Below are positions 40,630 through 52,309 of a stretch of DNA of 64,000 nt, one piece after another. Position numbers and translations under genes: made by a program. The first letter of the stretch is position 1, and every line of letters starts with the position of its first letter. Origin of the DNA: Amoebidium appalachense. Lineage: Eukaryota > Protista > Ichthyosporea. The notes beneath the pieces were generated by a model. That model was given only the letters and a program-made list of their open reading frames with translations, made no database searches and was not told where the DNA came from. The stretch spans positions 8,097,093-8,161,092 of the forward strand of contig CAVNZM010000004.1 of NCBI GenBank assembly GCA_963693365.1. The letters run 5' to 3'.

Positions 40630-40890
40630 ACAAAAAAGATTGCTTAACCAATAAGAACTCTAGCTAACAGCCCATCCCATAATAGGTAATTGCGTTTTTC
40701 CTGATTGAGGATTTCTATTTTTATTGGATCCACCGACTGCTGCACCACCGCAGCATTTACAAATACGTCCACAAGGTAATAGGGTCCCTCCCCCCCCCCC
40801 CTTTCCCCCCGCCCCCACCCTCCTCGCCCTTCGCACACACCACACCACCACCACCAGCCGGAAGTGCCGTGGAAACCTACCGCGCCTGGG

Positions 40891-40967
<77 letters not shown>

Positions 40968-41699
40968 TTTCTCTCCCATGTGACGGCACCTTGTCAAATC
41001 ATGCTGGGGCTACGAAATTGTTTTTATCATATCTGCTTCTTTTACTGCACTAGCAAGGCATGTATGCCTGTTATAGGCAGTTTGAATGCATAGTGAATGG
41101 TTGGAGGCCGATGCATGAGTTGCCTGTTAATATAGGCATTCCCTGCCCCTTCCAAGCCATTCTGCTCCCAAGGATCAGACAAACCGCACCTGAGATTATT
41201 CTTGCCCTCCCTCCCCCCCCCATTCCCCTCCTCCTCTCTCCTTCCCCTTCTTTTCTGCCTGCCGCACACACCAGAACATATCTAGCCCTGTTGCTCATCG
41301 CTGTAGCCCCCCCCCCCCTCCCCCTCCTCTCCCCAAACACCTCCTTCTTCTCCCTTCAACATGCATACACACTTTGCCAATTTTGACGGCGTCGCTTATT
41401 CCCTACCCCCTGCATTACACATCGTGTTATCCGTTGTTCTTGTGTACTTCGTACGTTATGACGCATTCAACCCCCCCCCCCCCCCCCCCCCCCCCTCCCC
41501 AGGTGCACCACGAGCACACCCACCCATTTGGCATCTCAGCCGAGTATGCGCACCCCATCGAGACTGTTTTCTTGGGCATCGGCACCATCCTAGGGCCCCT
41601 GTTCTTTGCCCGCCACCTGCTGACTCTGTGGGTGTGGCTGGTCTTCCGCCTCTATGAGACAAGTAGGGTCCTTGTACTTCGTACTTTATGACGCATTCA

Positions 41700-41732
<33 letters not shown>

Positions 41733-41896
41733 AGAGGTTAAAAGTTGAAACAATCGGGTACCGTGGATGACTTGGGGAACCCCCGAGTATGGGCTCTGCT
41801 TATTGTGCATACTCTCTGTGTGGTTTGCCCTCTGCAACGGGTTGTCCGTTAGAAAGTCCCACTCCGTATTCTGTAAGGCGTTCTAACCTCCTCCTG

Positions 41897-41929
<33 letters not shown>

Positions 41930-43095
41930 TCCCCCGTCCCGGTCATGGATGTGCACTTCGTACTCTGTAACTCATTCTAACCCCCCCCCCCTCCCCCCCC
42001 CCCCCCCCCCCTCCCCCCCCTCTTCCCCTCCTCCTTTCCCCCTTCCCTCCCTCCGCTACCCCATGTGTGTGCCTCTCAGAAGCTTTGTTGTGTTGTCCGT
42101 TGTAAATGCGTAGTTCGTTCTCTGTGACACACATAATATGTCCCCACTCCCCCCGCAGGGAGGGGGGGCTTTCACAACTCACAAATAGGTAGAGACATGT
42201 TTATACGGCCAACGCTAGAAAGAGCAACTGAGCTTTTGTAAGGTAGCCTCTCTCGGGTCCCTGCTCCTCCTCTCCCCCCTCCCTCCCCCTCCCCCCCCAT
42301 CTTCCCCCTCCCTCCCTCTGTCTTCCTCCCTCCCTGTCTCGCTGTCTTTCTTGTCTTCCTCCTTCCCTGTCTCACTGTCTTTCTTCCTTTTTAGGCTCTA
42401 ATCTTACTATGTTAATGATCCAATGATCCACAGTTGAGGACCACTCCGGCTACGATCTGCCCTTCAATCCCACCAACTTGATTCCTTTCTGGGGTGGCCC
42501 GGTTCACCACGACCACCACCATAAGGTGTGTTGGCATTCTTTTGTGCACTGGGCTTCCCAACATGTGTGTGTGTGTGTGCGCGCGCGCGCGTGCGAGTGT
42601 GTGTGTGTGTTTTAACTATTTGGGCTCTATTTGTGGGTGTGGGTGTGGGTGTGTGCAGACTGGTGGGGGGGGGGGGGGGGGGGGAGTGAGGGCCCGGGGG
42701 CAGGAGGGGAGGGGGGAGGGGGAGAGTGAGGGCCGGGGGGGGGGGGGGGTTGAATGGTGTTTGGGTGTGTGTGTGTGGGTGTGTTTTTTTTGGGGGGAGG
42801 GGGGGAGGGCGGGAGGGCAGGGGGAGGGGGGGCAGGTGAACAAGTGCCCTGTGGTCTACAAGTGGTTGACTGTACGAGAGTTGGGGTTGGAGCGAGTGGT
42901 CTGTGTGTGCTGTTTTGATGTGTTTGCGTTTATTGTGCGCATGTGCACATGCCCGTGTGTGCCTGCAAGGTGGATGTGGTTGTGTGTTCATGTGTACCTG
43001 TGTTTTAGGGGGAAGGCCTTTTTTAATTTTTTTTTTATTTTTTTTATTCTTTTATTTTTTATTATTTTTTTTTTGGTGGTCGTGGTGGTGGTGGT

Positions 43096-43127
<32 letters not shown>

Positions 43128-44061
43128 GGGATAGTTGTGCATGGTGACTCTCGTACCGTCGTGTCCCACTGAACAGTGGCTTCAAATGTAGATTATTATT
43201 AGACCAGTCAGTCTGCAAGACGCTACATTGGTATTGACTCGACACGACGGCACGAGAGTCACCATGCACCACTATCCCCCCCCCCCCCCCCCCCCCCCCC
43301 CCCCACCAAAAAATAAATAAATAAAATAAAATAAAAAAACCTTCCCCCTAATACACAGGTACACATGAACACACAACCACATGCACCTTGCAGGCACACA
43401 CGGGCATGTGCACATGCGCACAATAAACACAAACACATCAAAACAGCACACACAGACCACTCGCTCCAACCCCAACTCTCCTACAGTCAACCACTGCAGT
43501 AACAAACAACATATCCTGTTTTTGACAGACGTTTGACGGCAACTATGCGTCTGTGTTTTCGTTCTGGGACTGGCTGTTTGGGACGGACATTCAGTTCCAA
43601 GAACACCAGAAGAAGCTGGCACCGGACCACAAGCTGAGGTTCGTACGTGTGTACGTGTGTACTTGTATGTGGGTGTGTAGGTGTGCGTGTGCACTTCTGT
43701 ATGTGTGTGTGTGTGTTGGTGTGTGCGTGTCTGTTCGTGCGCGCATGTAGGTTGATGTTTGCTCAGATTTGTTCTGCTTCCTCTTCTCACTCCCCGAAGG
43801 GAAGTGCGGGGGGGGGGGGGGGGGGGGGGGGGAAGGCAGGTACATGTGGTAGTCAAAATATTCCTGATATCATTGCCTCTCCTCCCCCCCACTACCCAAA
43901 GACAATCTCTGTGTTCGCTCGTGTTTTCAACCTGCATTATGTTGTCCATGAGTATGTACCTCGCACTTGATAAGGGATTCTACCCCCCATACCCCTACCC
44001 CCCCCCCCCCCCCCCTCCCCTCCTTTGGTTCTAAGACAATTCTGGTGCCCCCCTCTCCCCC

Positions 44062-44097
<36 letters not shown>

Positions 44098-44450
44098 TTC
44101 CCCCCAACTACCAATAAAAGAGCATGGGCTCTGCTTATGTTGCACACTCCAGCGTGTCCATTATTTTGCACATCTGTGTGGTGTTCTCCTTTGTCATTAG
44201 TCTTGGTACGTCCTACTGTTCCGGCACATTCTAACCAGGCCTACCCCCCTACCCCTTCCTTTCCCCCCCACCTGCCCTCCACGCACGCACACACACACTC
44301 ACATTCAAACTCAAACTCAAACTCTCACACTCACACTCACACTCACACTCACACTCACTCACACACACATACACACACAGCCCCTTGTACCCTGCCCAGT
44401 TCCGCACGGGCTTGGAAACCGACACCAAGATTAACAAGAAAGCCGACTGA
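36173..44450 (+). CDS. ERG25: C-4 methylsterol oxidase (ERG25/MSMO1, fatty acid hydroxylase superfamily), 7 exons
   Basis: Exons 36173-36436, 37811-38053 ([12 protein letters not shown]), 40686-40775 ([13 protein letters not shown]...YKYVHK), 41503-41662 (VHHE...AEYAHPIE), 42434-42525 (HSGYDLP...HHDHHH), 43529-43638 ([17 protein letters not shown]), 44381-44450 ending KKAD* (KKxx ER-retrieval signal). All three His boxes are present. Confidence 0.93.
38850..40373 (-). mobile_element. 5'-truncated, diverged LINE copy 2 in ERG25 intron 2, antisense
   Basis: Homologous to the 3' 1.5 kb of copies 1 and 3 with substitutions and indels. Flanked on both sides by (CA)n. Confidence 0.92.
41410..41980 (+). 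mobile_element. Poly(C)-anchored repeat fragments flanking ERG25 exon 4 (41410-41470, 41671-41701, 41731-41886, ~41950-41980)
   Basis: GTACTTCGTAC...TGACGCATTCAA-(C)n on both sides of the exon, followed by a diverged longer unit ending TTCTAACC. Confidence 0.8.
42861..43495. repeat. Long inverted repeat (arms 42861-43165 and 43241-43495, ~75-nt spacer) in ERG25 intron 5
   Basis: AGTGGTTGACTGTACGAGAG... is reverse-complementary to ...CTCTCCTACAGTCAACCACT. The arms differ mainly in homopolymer lengths. Confidence 0.92.
44123..44234 (+). mobile_element. Diverged copy of the poly(C)-anchored repeat
   Basis: ATGGGCTCTGCTTATGTTGCACACTC...CACATTCTAACC. Confidence 0.6.
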
Positions 44451-45046
44451 GCTCGAGGGCAACCATATCGCACCTGATCCTTTTTTTTTTTTTGCTTTTT
44501 TTCCTGGTTCCCTTCTTATTTCTCTCTTCTTTACGGTGCACACATGGTAAGCTTTAGCGTGTATGAATGGGTATCATATTTCTCCCTTGACCCTATGAAA
44601 GTCGTCCTGGTTGCCGTTCATGAATTCATTGCTTAAGATGATTTTGTTATCGTGTCATTAGCCCCAAGCCCCCCCCCCCCCCCCCCTCCTTTTTTATAAT
44701 TTTTGTTTTTCCATCTGGGGGTTTCTAGCCCTGCTATATGTATCCAATTAGCAGTCAGGCTAGACCTGGAAAAATATGAAGTAGCAGAGTACTGCTGCCA
44801 GGAGCAACAGTGACTAACAGACCTTTCTGTGCTGGTTTCACACACATGTTCTGCTCTGTTTACAGTACGAAGTGATTTGATTTCAAGTATAGCATAGCAT
44901 GTACTGATGTGCCTCTTGAAAAAATAAAATCCACCAATTGTCGTATATACACACATGCCAAATTCCCGTGCCACCTATATTTGTAAGGTCTCTTCATATG
45001 CAGCCGTTGCTGTTTCCCTGGAGTATATGATAAATCATCATGCCCG

Positions 45047-45081
<35 letters not shown>

Positions 45082-45224
45082 CCGCCCGCCCAATAACCAC
45101 TGCTTCCACTACCACTCTTGGTGGCGTGTACGTGGTCTTTTCTGCTGGAATTCATGTGCACGTGCACGTCAACGTGCCTATCACTGCGTCACTGACTCGA
45201 CCGTAAAGCACAGTTACTACTTCC

Positions 45225-45267
<43 letters not shown>

Positions 45268-46118
45268 TTCCCCCCTCCCCCATTTTCCCCGCACCTCTTG
45301 TAATTATGTAACACCTCCCCCCCCCTCCTTCCTCACTCTCCCCCCCCCCCTTCCACTGAGTTCGGCCGTGCCTACCTGAGCCCTTAACCGCTCGAGCAAC
45401 CATCTGGCTGTTTTCCTCGTACAATAGCTCATATCCAAGGGCATAGCCAAATGTACATGTACACGAGTAACTCAGTCTCGACATGTATGCACAATACTCT
45501 CATGATCACGCCTTTGTATGATACTGTACGTACTTCCCACGGGCAGAGTAATAGTACTGTATACTGTTTCCGAGGGACCCAGCTCTCAAGTAATAGTACT
45601 GTATATACTGGATCCGGCCCTCGCTCCCCTCCCTCGAGCTCCCTTCCCTCCCCCCCTCCCCCTCCTCTCCCCCGGGCACGAATTCGCAATTGCAACCCCC
45701 GTCGCTCCCGGCCCTCCCAATCCTCTTTCGGTTTTCCCCACCTTTTTTTTTAATGACTTCCGAATTCTACTACCGAGGGGAAGGCCAGGCCACATGCACA
45801 CGATCCAGGCTGATTTGACAGTTTGACAGCACGCAACTGCAACTGCAGATGCCATATTGAAGTGTGATCGTTCTGTCACAGTGAGCGGTGCTCACCAGGT
45901 GACCGTCCTTCAATACGGGCCCATTGAACAAGATTCGGCGCAAACTTTTACTTTAGTGTATATTTTGGCGTTCAAGTATGTACAGAGTTGGCCTTTGGTT
46001 TGTGATATTGATTAAACACTGTAGTGGGCCCCAAAGCAGGTGACAAGGGGAGCTTCAGGGGAGCTTCAGGGGGGAGGGCCTGGCAGGGGAGGGGGGAGCC
46101 TCAGGGCCGAGGGAGGGG

Positions 46119-46155
<37 letters not shown>

Positions 46156-46259
46156 GATTAAAGGTACCGGGGGCAAGGAGGTCCGGGGGTGCCACGGGTG
46201 GGGAATGGGGGGAGGGGGGGGGGGGGGGGGGGGGAGGGGGGGGGAGAACAGAGGGCATG

Positions 46260-46291
<32 letters not shown>

Positions 46292-46618
46292 GGGGTGTAA
46301 AACACGACCACTGTATGTACAGATGCTATGGGAAAAAAAGCATGAGAAAAACAATCAACCCGGACCAAGGGCAGCCCATGATGGCGATGAGGATAGTGTA
46401 ACTTTGAAAAACGTATTCGGATTCATGGATCACACATGTACACGACTCCATGTACGTCTGAACTCTCATTAAGTGCAGAATCTGATTCGATGCATCTAAG
46501 AAGAAAGGGGAATATCAACACACAAATACCCAACACCTAATAGGGGTTGTCAGCCAAATATAATCCAATTGCCTATCTGTGTACTCCTTCACCCCCACCC
46601 CCCCATCCCCCACCCCCC

Positions 46619-46683
<65 letters not shown>

Positions 46684-47099
46684 TGTAGCCCCCCCTTTCT
46701 CTCCCCCAAACAGCACCTTCCGCCATTTAGAGGATATTGGCTCTATAGTAGGTCCCAACACAAATTGATCTGTTTTTACCGCCCCCTCCCCCCTCCCCCC
46801 TTCCCCCTCTCCCCCCCCGCACCTCTCAGGGTCCCCCCTCCACTCCCCTCTCCGCCAGCTAAGTCCTCCCCCGCTCCCCCAGCCCCTCCCCTCCTTCCTC
46901 CCCTGAGTCCTTAGCTCAGTGGAGCAACGTTAACGGTCCACTGCAGCTGCCTTTCCCGTACGCAAATTCACCTTAGGCTACCTGCAAGCGCATATATACA
47001 CGATACTCAGTCTCGACATTATACACAATGGTCGCATTATGTATGATACTGAACTTCTCACTTTTGCAGATTAGTAGTACTGTACCCTGGTTCCGACTC

Positions 47100-47134
<35 letters not shown>

Positions 47135-47199
47135 TTTTCCTCGGGCCTAATCTGCAATTGCAACACCCTTGCTCCCGGCCCGTACTGTCTTTTTCGAAT

Positions 47200-47722
47200 T
47201 CTACCACTGATATTTTCGAATTTCTCGCTTACCAGCCCCCTTTGGCCGTCTTCTGCAAGCGCTGTTCGATACCACTCGCGGACGAGCGGCGGGCAATGGA
47301 ACATTAACACCCGGTTTTTCCCGTTCTCGGGGTCTTCTGCAAGGGGTCCCTCTCCTGAGTCCGTTGTTGTTTGACGTTTTCATCGACAATTTAGCCTGCG
47401 CCCTCGAACCCTTTGGCCAACTGCATACCCGCTGTGTACCGGGTCTCCTTTTTGCAGACAATATTGTTCTTTGTTCCTTAACCGAAGTTGTCATGCACCA
47501 GCATCGGATGCTTCGAATTCGTCAGGTGGATAAATGGTGCACCGAGAATCTCATGACAGTCGGAATTGCAAAGTGTGCTACTTTTTCGAAAAACGCTTCC
47601 TTTCGATTGGCCGGTCTTCCTATTCCTGTTCAGAGCACCTATCACTAATTGGGTATTCCTTTTACTGCACGGGGTATTGATTTCCGCAAGCTCCTCACGG
47701 CACGGATCGCTCATGCGAAGGG
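47200..47722 (+). pseudogene. Decayed LINE reverse transcriptase, 5' part (split by the LTR element)
   Basis: RGLLQG, LSPLLFDVFIDNL and GLLFADNI motifs with frameshifts and a stop. Confidence 0.8.
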
Positions 47723-48332
47723 TGTAAACAGTTGAACTAGTTGGGATAAGGCAGAGAACAACTGAATCAGAATAAAGACAGAGAACGGGTAGTAAGGCAC
47801 ACGCGGCCAGGTTACTATTTAATGTGCTCGTTCAGAGTGATCCCCCGTACTGGGACGGCTTGTTTATATAGCCCCCAGGTTCCGGATCATCTGGATGGGT
47901 GGCATTGATGCCTTCGTGACTTCTGACCAGTCAGAAGAGTGCGGTCGTCTTTATGTGCACACAGTGCACCAATAACATGAAGCTAACTAAAAGGATAACT
48001 TTGTGGCAAATGATTGGTCAATACTTAAGCCCGTTTAGGTTTATGCAACTGGGTCTGATTTCCTTATTGGTTCCGTTCGTTTAGCTATAGATGTCGCCTC
48101 CGTAGTGGATGAGACTTGCATTCCTATCCTAGCGGTTCTCGAATTCTATTGGTTCATACTGACTGCACGGCCACTGCATATTGCCGGCGCCGCGGCTCAG
48201 TCGTGAGCCGCAGCCCGCGGCTGTCGCGTGTGATATTGATCTGATCATATGTACACAATATCTACGTGATCACTATGATATGTACAGTATATTCGTAATA
48301 GTAAACATGTACGGCGTGTACAGATGTTTACA
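47723..48332 (-). repeat. 3' LTR
   Basis: Appears identical to 55355-55964. Preceded on the minus strand by the polypurine tract GAGAAGGGGGGGAG (48333-48346). Confidence 0.96.
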
Positions 48333-48397
48333 CTCCCCCCCTTCTCGGGAGCCTGGTGGTATGGTCTGGAGACGGTAAACCACCAGGCTGAGGGAAG

Positions 48398-51300
48398 TTA
48401 GCGACGTCGGCGCTTCTTTCGTGCGGGCTGGCTGGCAGGGCCGGCCACCAAAGTACCTAGGTAGTCTGTGAGTGCTCCTGCGGCTGTGTCTTGCAGGCCG
48501 GAGTGAGGTTCCCAGGTGTCGTTCTTAGCCGTGTACCCTTTCCAACGAACTTTGTAAAGGGCTTGGGCAGTTGCCGAGTCGTACTTGTGGGCAATAATTT
48601 TTGCCACTTCGAAGGTGGGGGTGGGTGAATCTTGCGGACCAGAGTCGGCTGGCGTCATATCAACGTCGTCACGGGGAAAATACGGCTTCAAGTGACGTGC
48701 GTGTGCTCGAACGGTGTCCGTTGACCCAACCCGCTGAATTTCGTAAGACATGGGGGCGTCGGTAACGCGCCGCAGGACGCGATACGGACCTTCCCATTTA
48801 GGTCTGAGTGCCGTGGGTAGACTGTGGTCGGTGGTGGAGTCTGTGACTGCTTTCAACACCAGACCCTCGAGTTCTGTGGGTTCACGAGCATTTTTGTTAG
48901 CCGTGATTTTACTACGACGGGCAGCTTCAGACATAATTCGTGTGACTGTTTGCCGGGCATACTGCACTCGTTGCAGTAGTTCTCGACGGTATTCCTCCGT
49001 CTCCATCCCACATGAAGCCGCAATTGGGGGGCGGGGGGGCTCGACCGGATCTCTGCCATAAAGCATGAAGAATGGCGTGTCCCCCAAGGAAGAGTGGTAG
49101 GCGGTGCGGTAGGAAAACAGTACTTGCGGTAAGTAGTCAATCCATTCGTGGTGTTTATCCTGCACGAGAGTGGCAAGAATATTCTTAAGTGTGCGATTGA
49201 ATCGCTCTACGGCACCATTGGTCTGGGGGCTGTAGGGACTTGCAAAAATTCGGTTTGTAGCCAACACTCGACAGACATCTGTGACCAACATAGCTGCCAA
49301 ATTCGCGCCGTTGTCTGATACTAAAAATTCCGGACGACCGTGACGGCAGTAGATGGAGTCTTCGAATGCCTTTGCCACATCTTCGGCTGTGGGTGTTTTG
49401 TGAAATAAAATCACTTCCGGCCAGCGAGTGAAGAGGTCGAGAAACACCAACAGGGAAACTCTGAGATCAGATTTCGTAGGCATCTCAGTAATGTCCATAG
49501 ACACGTATTGAAAGGGATAGGTGGGGATAAAACCATCGTGAATTCGTAGTTTCTTTTGCATTCGGGGTGTCTTCCGGTATTGACAGGCTTTGCATGTGGT
49601 TACCCACTGCACCGAGTCTTGCCATACACGTGGCCACCATGCTATCTGGGTAACACGGTGGAAGGTGCGTGCTGCGTCGAGGTGACCTGCGGTTGGGGCG
49701 TCGTGACATGCGGCCAAAACGAGGCGCACAAGCGTAGACGGCACCCAAATTCGTGGTTCCTTGCTGGGTTTGCGGGGGCCACGCTGTTCTAGGACCCACA
49801 CATACACAAGGTCATTGTCTATGGTGCAGCGACTAGCTTCCATCGCGATTTCGTTGCCAAATAATTCGTAGCCCGGTGCTTTTTCCAGGTAGGCCCTGAC
49901 TTTCGCAATGTGTTTATCAGCCTTCTGTGCTGACACATACTGTTCATAGGTGGGCATTCGTCCATCCGCTTTTGGGGGAATAAATTCTGGCGGCGTGGTA
50001 TTAGGTTTCGTGGGTTCAGCTGGGGGTGGGTGGGTGGCAGCTTGTGCCTGCGCTGTCGCTGCGGCGGAGCGTGTTACCGCAAACACCGTGGACGAGCCCG
50101 AGACTGTGCCGATCAGTGAGGGGTATGTCAGCTCAGTATCTTCGGGTCCTGGTTGCGCATTTTCTTTAGATGGCCGAGAGAGTCCATCAGCATTGCTGTG
50201 GTGTTTGCCCGCCCTGTGCTGAATTTCGTATGTGTATGCGGAAAGCGCCATTTGCCAGCCTGCAACAACAGGTTCCGGTGCATCGCCGGTAGACAGAATG
50301 CGCGTCAAGCTGGAGTGGTCGGTTCGTAACAAGAAAGGAGCCCCATAGGTGTAAGCGCGAAATGCTTTGCACACAGCCCAATACACACCTAAGGCTTCCC
50401 TTTTATTCGCCGCATAATTTCGTTCACTCTTAGAGAGTGTTCTGCTAGCATAAGCTATGGGTCGTTCTTTGCCGTCATCACCTACCTGCGAAATCACTGC
50501 GCCCAGAGCATACTGTGAAGCATCTGAGTCAACAATAAAAGGTTTGGTGAAATCGGGGTGAGCAAGCACAGGTGCATTAATTAACGCATTCTTAAGGGTA
50601 TCGTATGCTTTCTCCTGTTCCGTACCCCACACCCATGCAGCATTTTTCTGTGCTTTCTTTTTCGTGGCCAAAATAGCTGCAGAATCGGCGTGCAAATTTT
50701 TTGCTTCGTCTTTTCGTTGTTTTGCGCTGCCGTTGCGTTTGGCGGGTTTCGTAGAGGGGGGCATTTTTGCGTGAATTCGTTTTAGTAATTCTGAATCCTC
50801 CTTCGAGGTGCCCAGCATTCGCGTGAGTGGTTCAGCCGTATGGCTGAAATCGTCCACAAATATTCGATAATATGAAAATAACCCGAGGTCACTTCGTAGC
50901 TCAGATAAATTTTGTGGGTAGCTTTTATTCTTTATTGCTGCCACTTTTTCTGGGTCTACCTTAATACCATCCGGGCATACGCGATGGCCTAAATAGCCAA
51001 CTTCTTCCATGAACAAAGAGCATTTTCTGCCTTTCAGTTTTAATCCTGCATCACAGAGCCGGGAAAAACATGAATCTAAATGCCCAAAATGTTCTTCGAT
51101 AGTGGGTGACATAACTAATATATCATCGAGATATATGAGTACATGTGTCCACAGCATACCAGCGAATACACGGTTCATCATCCTTGAAAAGACAGCAGGC
51201 ATGTTACTTACTCCAAAAGGTGCGCGTGCGAATTGATACTGCCCCCAGGGGGTGGTAAATGCAAGTTTTTCTTTGTCGTTATCGGCTACTTTGACTTGGT

Positions 51301-52309
51301 GGTAACCACCGTTTAAATCAAGTGCGGAAAACACGCGGGCACCTCTGAGCATACCCAGAGCCATGTCAATTCGTGGTAAAGGGTAACCGTCTTTCTTCGT
51401 AATCAAGTTCAGCATTCTAAAATCAATGCAGACTCTTAAAGACCCGTCCTTTTTCGCCACCAACACCATCGGAGCGGAGTAAGGGCTGGACGCAGGCTCA
51501 ATCACTCCAAACTCTACCCAATTTTGAATTTGTTTGTGTAGGCTATCGCGAAGGTGATGTGGGATGTTATAGGGCCTGCGGTACTGTGGTATGGTGGTAG
51601 TTACTTCGATCGACAGTTCGTCTAAGGTACTCAAACCAAAGTCGGTGTCGTGTGCAGAGAACACATGCTTCCATTTCTTAAGCAGTTTTCGTATCCGTTT
51701 CGCCAACGGTTTCCGTTGGTCTGGGGGAGTTCCAGGCATGTCGTATTCTTCTGGAGGTTTGACCCCAAAAGGCAAGTCGTCGTCTGTGGCGGCTTCCCCG
51801 TCGGAGGTACATTCGTGCGTACGCTTTCGTAAATTATTCGTATCCTCCAGTGCAGTGGTAGATGGTGCCCCATCTGCTGCTTCGATAGTAGGTGGCCCTA
51901 CCTCTGGTTTTGTTCGTGCTGGATTACCAAAACCATTCATTTTCGTGGAACTGCGCTGTGTGGTGTTCTCTTTCGTACTCATATTCATAATTTTACTCCG
52001 TTCACACACCTTAATACTACCGTTAATATTAGTAGCCGCCTGGAAAGTGTGTGGTTCGTGTTCGGTGGGTTCTTCGGGTGATTCCTGCGAAGAAAAGTTC
52101 GTTTTAGCAGAGGTACCTAATGGATGGCCAGGGTGTGGGGTTGTCGCCCTCCTGGTTCCATTACCGGAGTGTGGACGTGCTAAAAGAGTAACAGTGTCAT
52201 CTGATTGCAAGGGAATAAACATGGCCACCTCCGTACCAGGGCCTAGGTACACATGATGGTCCGATGTGTTAGTCAACAACACCTTGCATTCGTATTCGTC
52301 CTCGATCAC
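48398..52309 (-). CDS. pol: Pol: RT (YLDD), RNase H (DAS), integrase (HHCC, DDE, GPY) and C-terminal chromodomain
   Basis: LRVCIDFRMLN, YLDDIL, IVDSDASQYALGAV, SPYSPQTNGAVERFNRTLK, PKWEGPYRV, FEVAKII...YKVRWKGY...DTWEP, terminal RKKRRRR. Confidence 0.95.
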   Translation of the reverse strand: MIEDEYECKVLLTNTSDHHVYLGPGTEVAMFIPLQSDDTVTLLARPHSGNGTRRATTPHPGHPLGTSAKTNFSSQESPEEPTEHEPHTFQAATNINGSIKVCERSKIMNMSTKENTTQRSSTKMNGFGNPARTKPEVGPPTIEAADGAPSTTALEDTNNLRKRTHECTSDGEAATDDDLPFGVKPPEEYDMPGTPPDQRKPLAKRIRKLLKKWKHVFSAHDTDFGLSTLDELSIEVTTTIPQYRRPYNIPHHLRDSLHKQIQNWVEFGVIEPASSPYSAPMVLVAKKDGSLRVCIDFRMLNLITKKDGYPLPRIDMALGMLRGARVFSALDLNGGYHQVKVADNDKEKLAFTTPWGQYQFARAPFGVSNMPAVFSRMMNRVFAGMLWTHVLIYLDDILVMSPTIEEHFGHLDSCFSRLCDAGLKLKGRKCSLFMEEVGYLGHRVCPDGIKVDPEKVAAIKNKSYPQNLSELRSDLGLFSYYRIFVDDFSHTAEPLTRMLGTSKEDSELLKRIHAKMPPSTKPAKRNGSAKQRKDEAKNLHADSAAILATKKKAQKNAAWVWGTEQEKAYDTLKNALINAPVLAHPDFTKPFIVDSDASQYALGAVISQVGDDGKERPIAYASRTLSKSERNYAANKREALGVYWAVCKAFRAYTYGAPFLLRTDHSSLTRILSTGDAPEPVVAGWQMALSAYTYEIQHRAGKHHSNADGLSRPSKENAQPGPEDTELTYPSLIGTVSGSSTVFAVTRSAAATAQAQAATHPPPAEPTKPNTTPPEFIPPKADGRMPTYEQYVSAQKADKHIAKVRAYLEKAPGYELFGNEIAMEASRCTIDNDLVYVWVLEQRGPRKPSKEPRIWVPSTLVRLVLAACHDAPTAGHLDAARTFHRVTQIAWWPRVWQDSVQWVTTCKACQYRKTPRMQKKLRIHDGFIPTYPFQYVSMDITEMPTKSDLRVSLLVFLDLFTRWPEVILFHKTPTAEDVAKAFEDSIYCRHGRPEFLVSDNGANLAAMLVTDVCRVLATNRIFASPYSPQTNGAVERFNRTLKNILATLVQDKHHEWIDYLPQVLFSYRTAYHSSLGDTPFFMLYGRDPVEPPRPPIAASCGMETEEYRRELLQRVQYARQTVTRIMSEAARRSKITANKNAREPTELEGLVLKAVTDSTTDHSLPTALRPKWEGPYRVLRRVTDAPMSYEIQRVGSTDTVRAHARHLKPYFPRDDVDMTPADSGPQDSPTPTFEVAKIIAHKYDSATAQALYKVRWKGYTAKNDTWEPHSGLQDTAAGALTDYLGTLVAGPASQPARKKRRRR

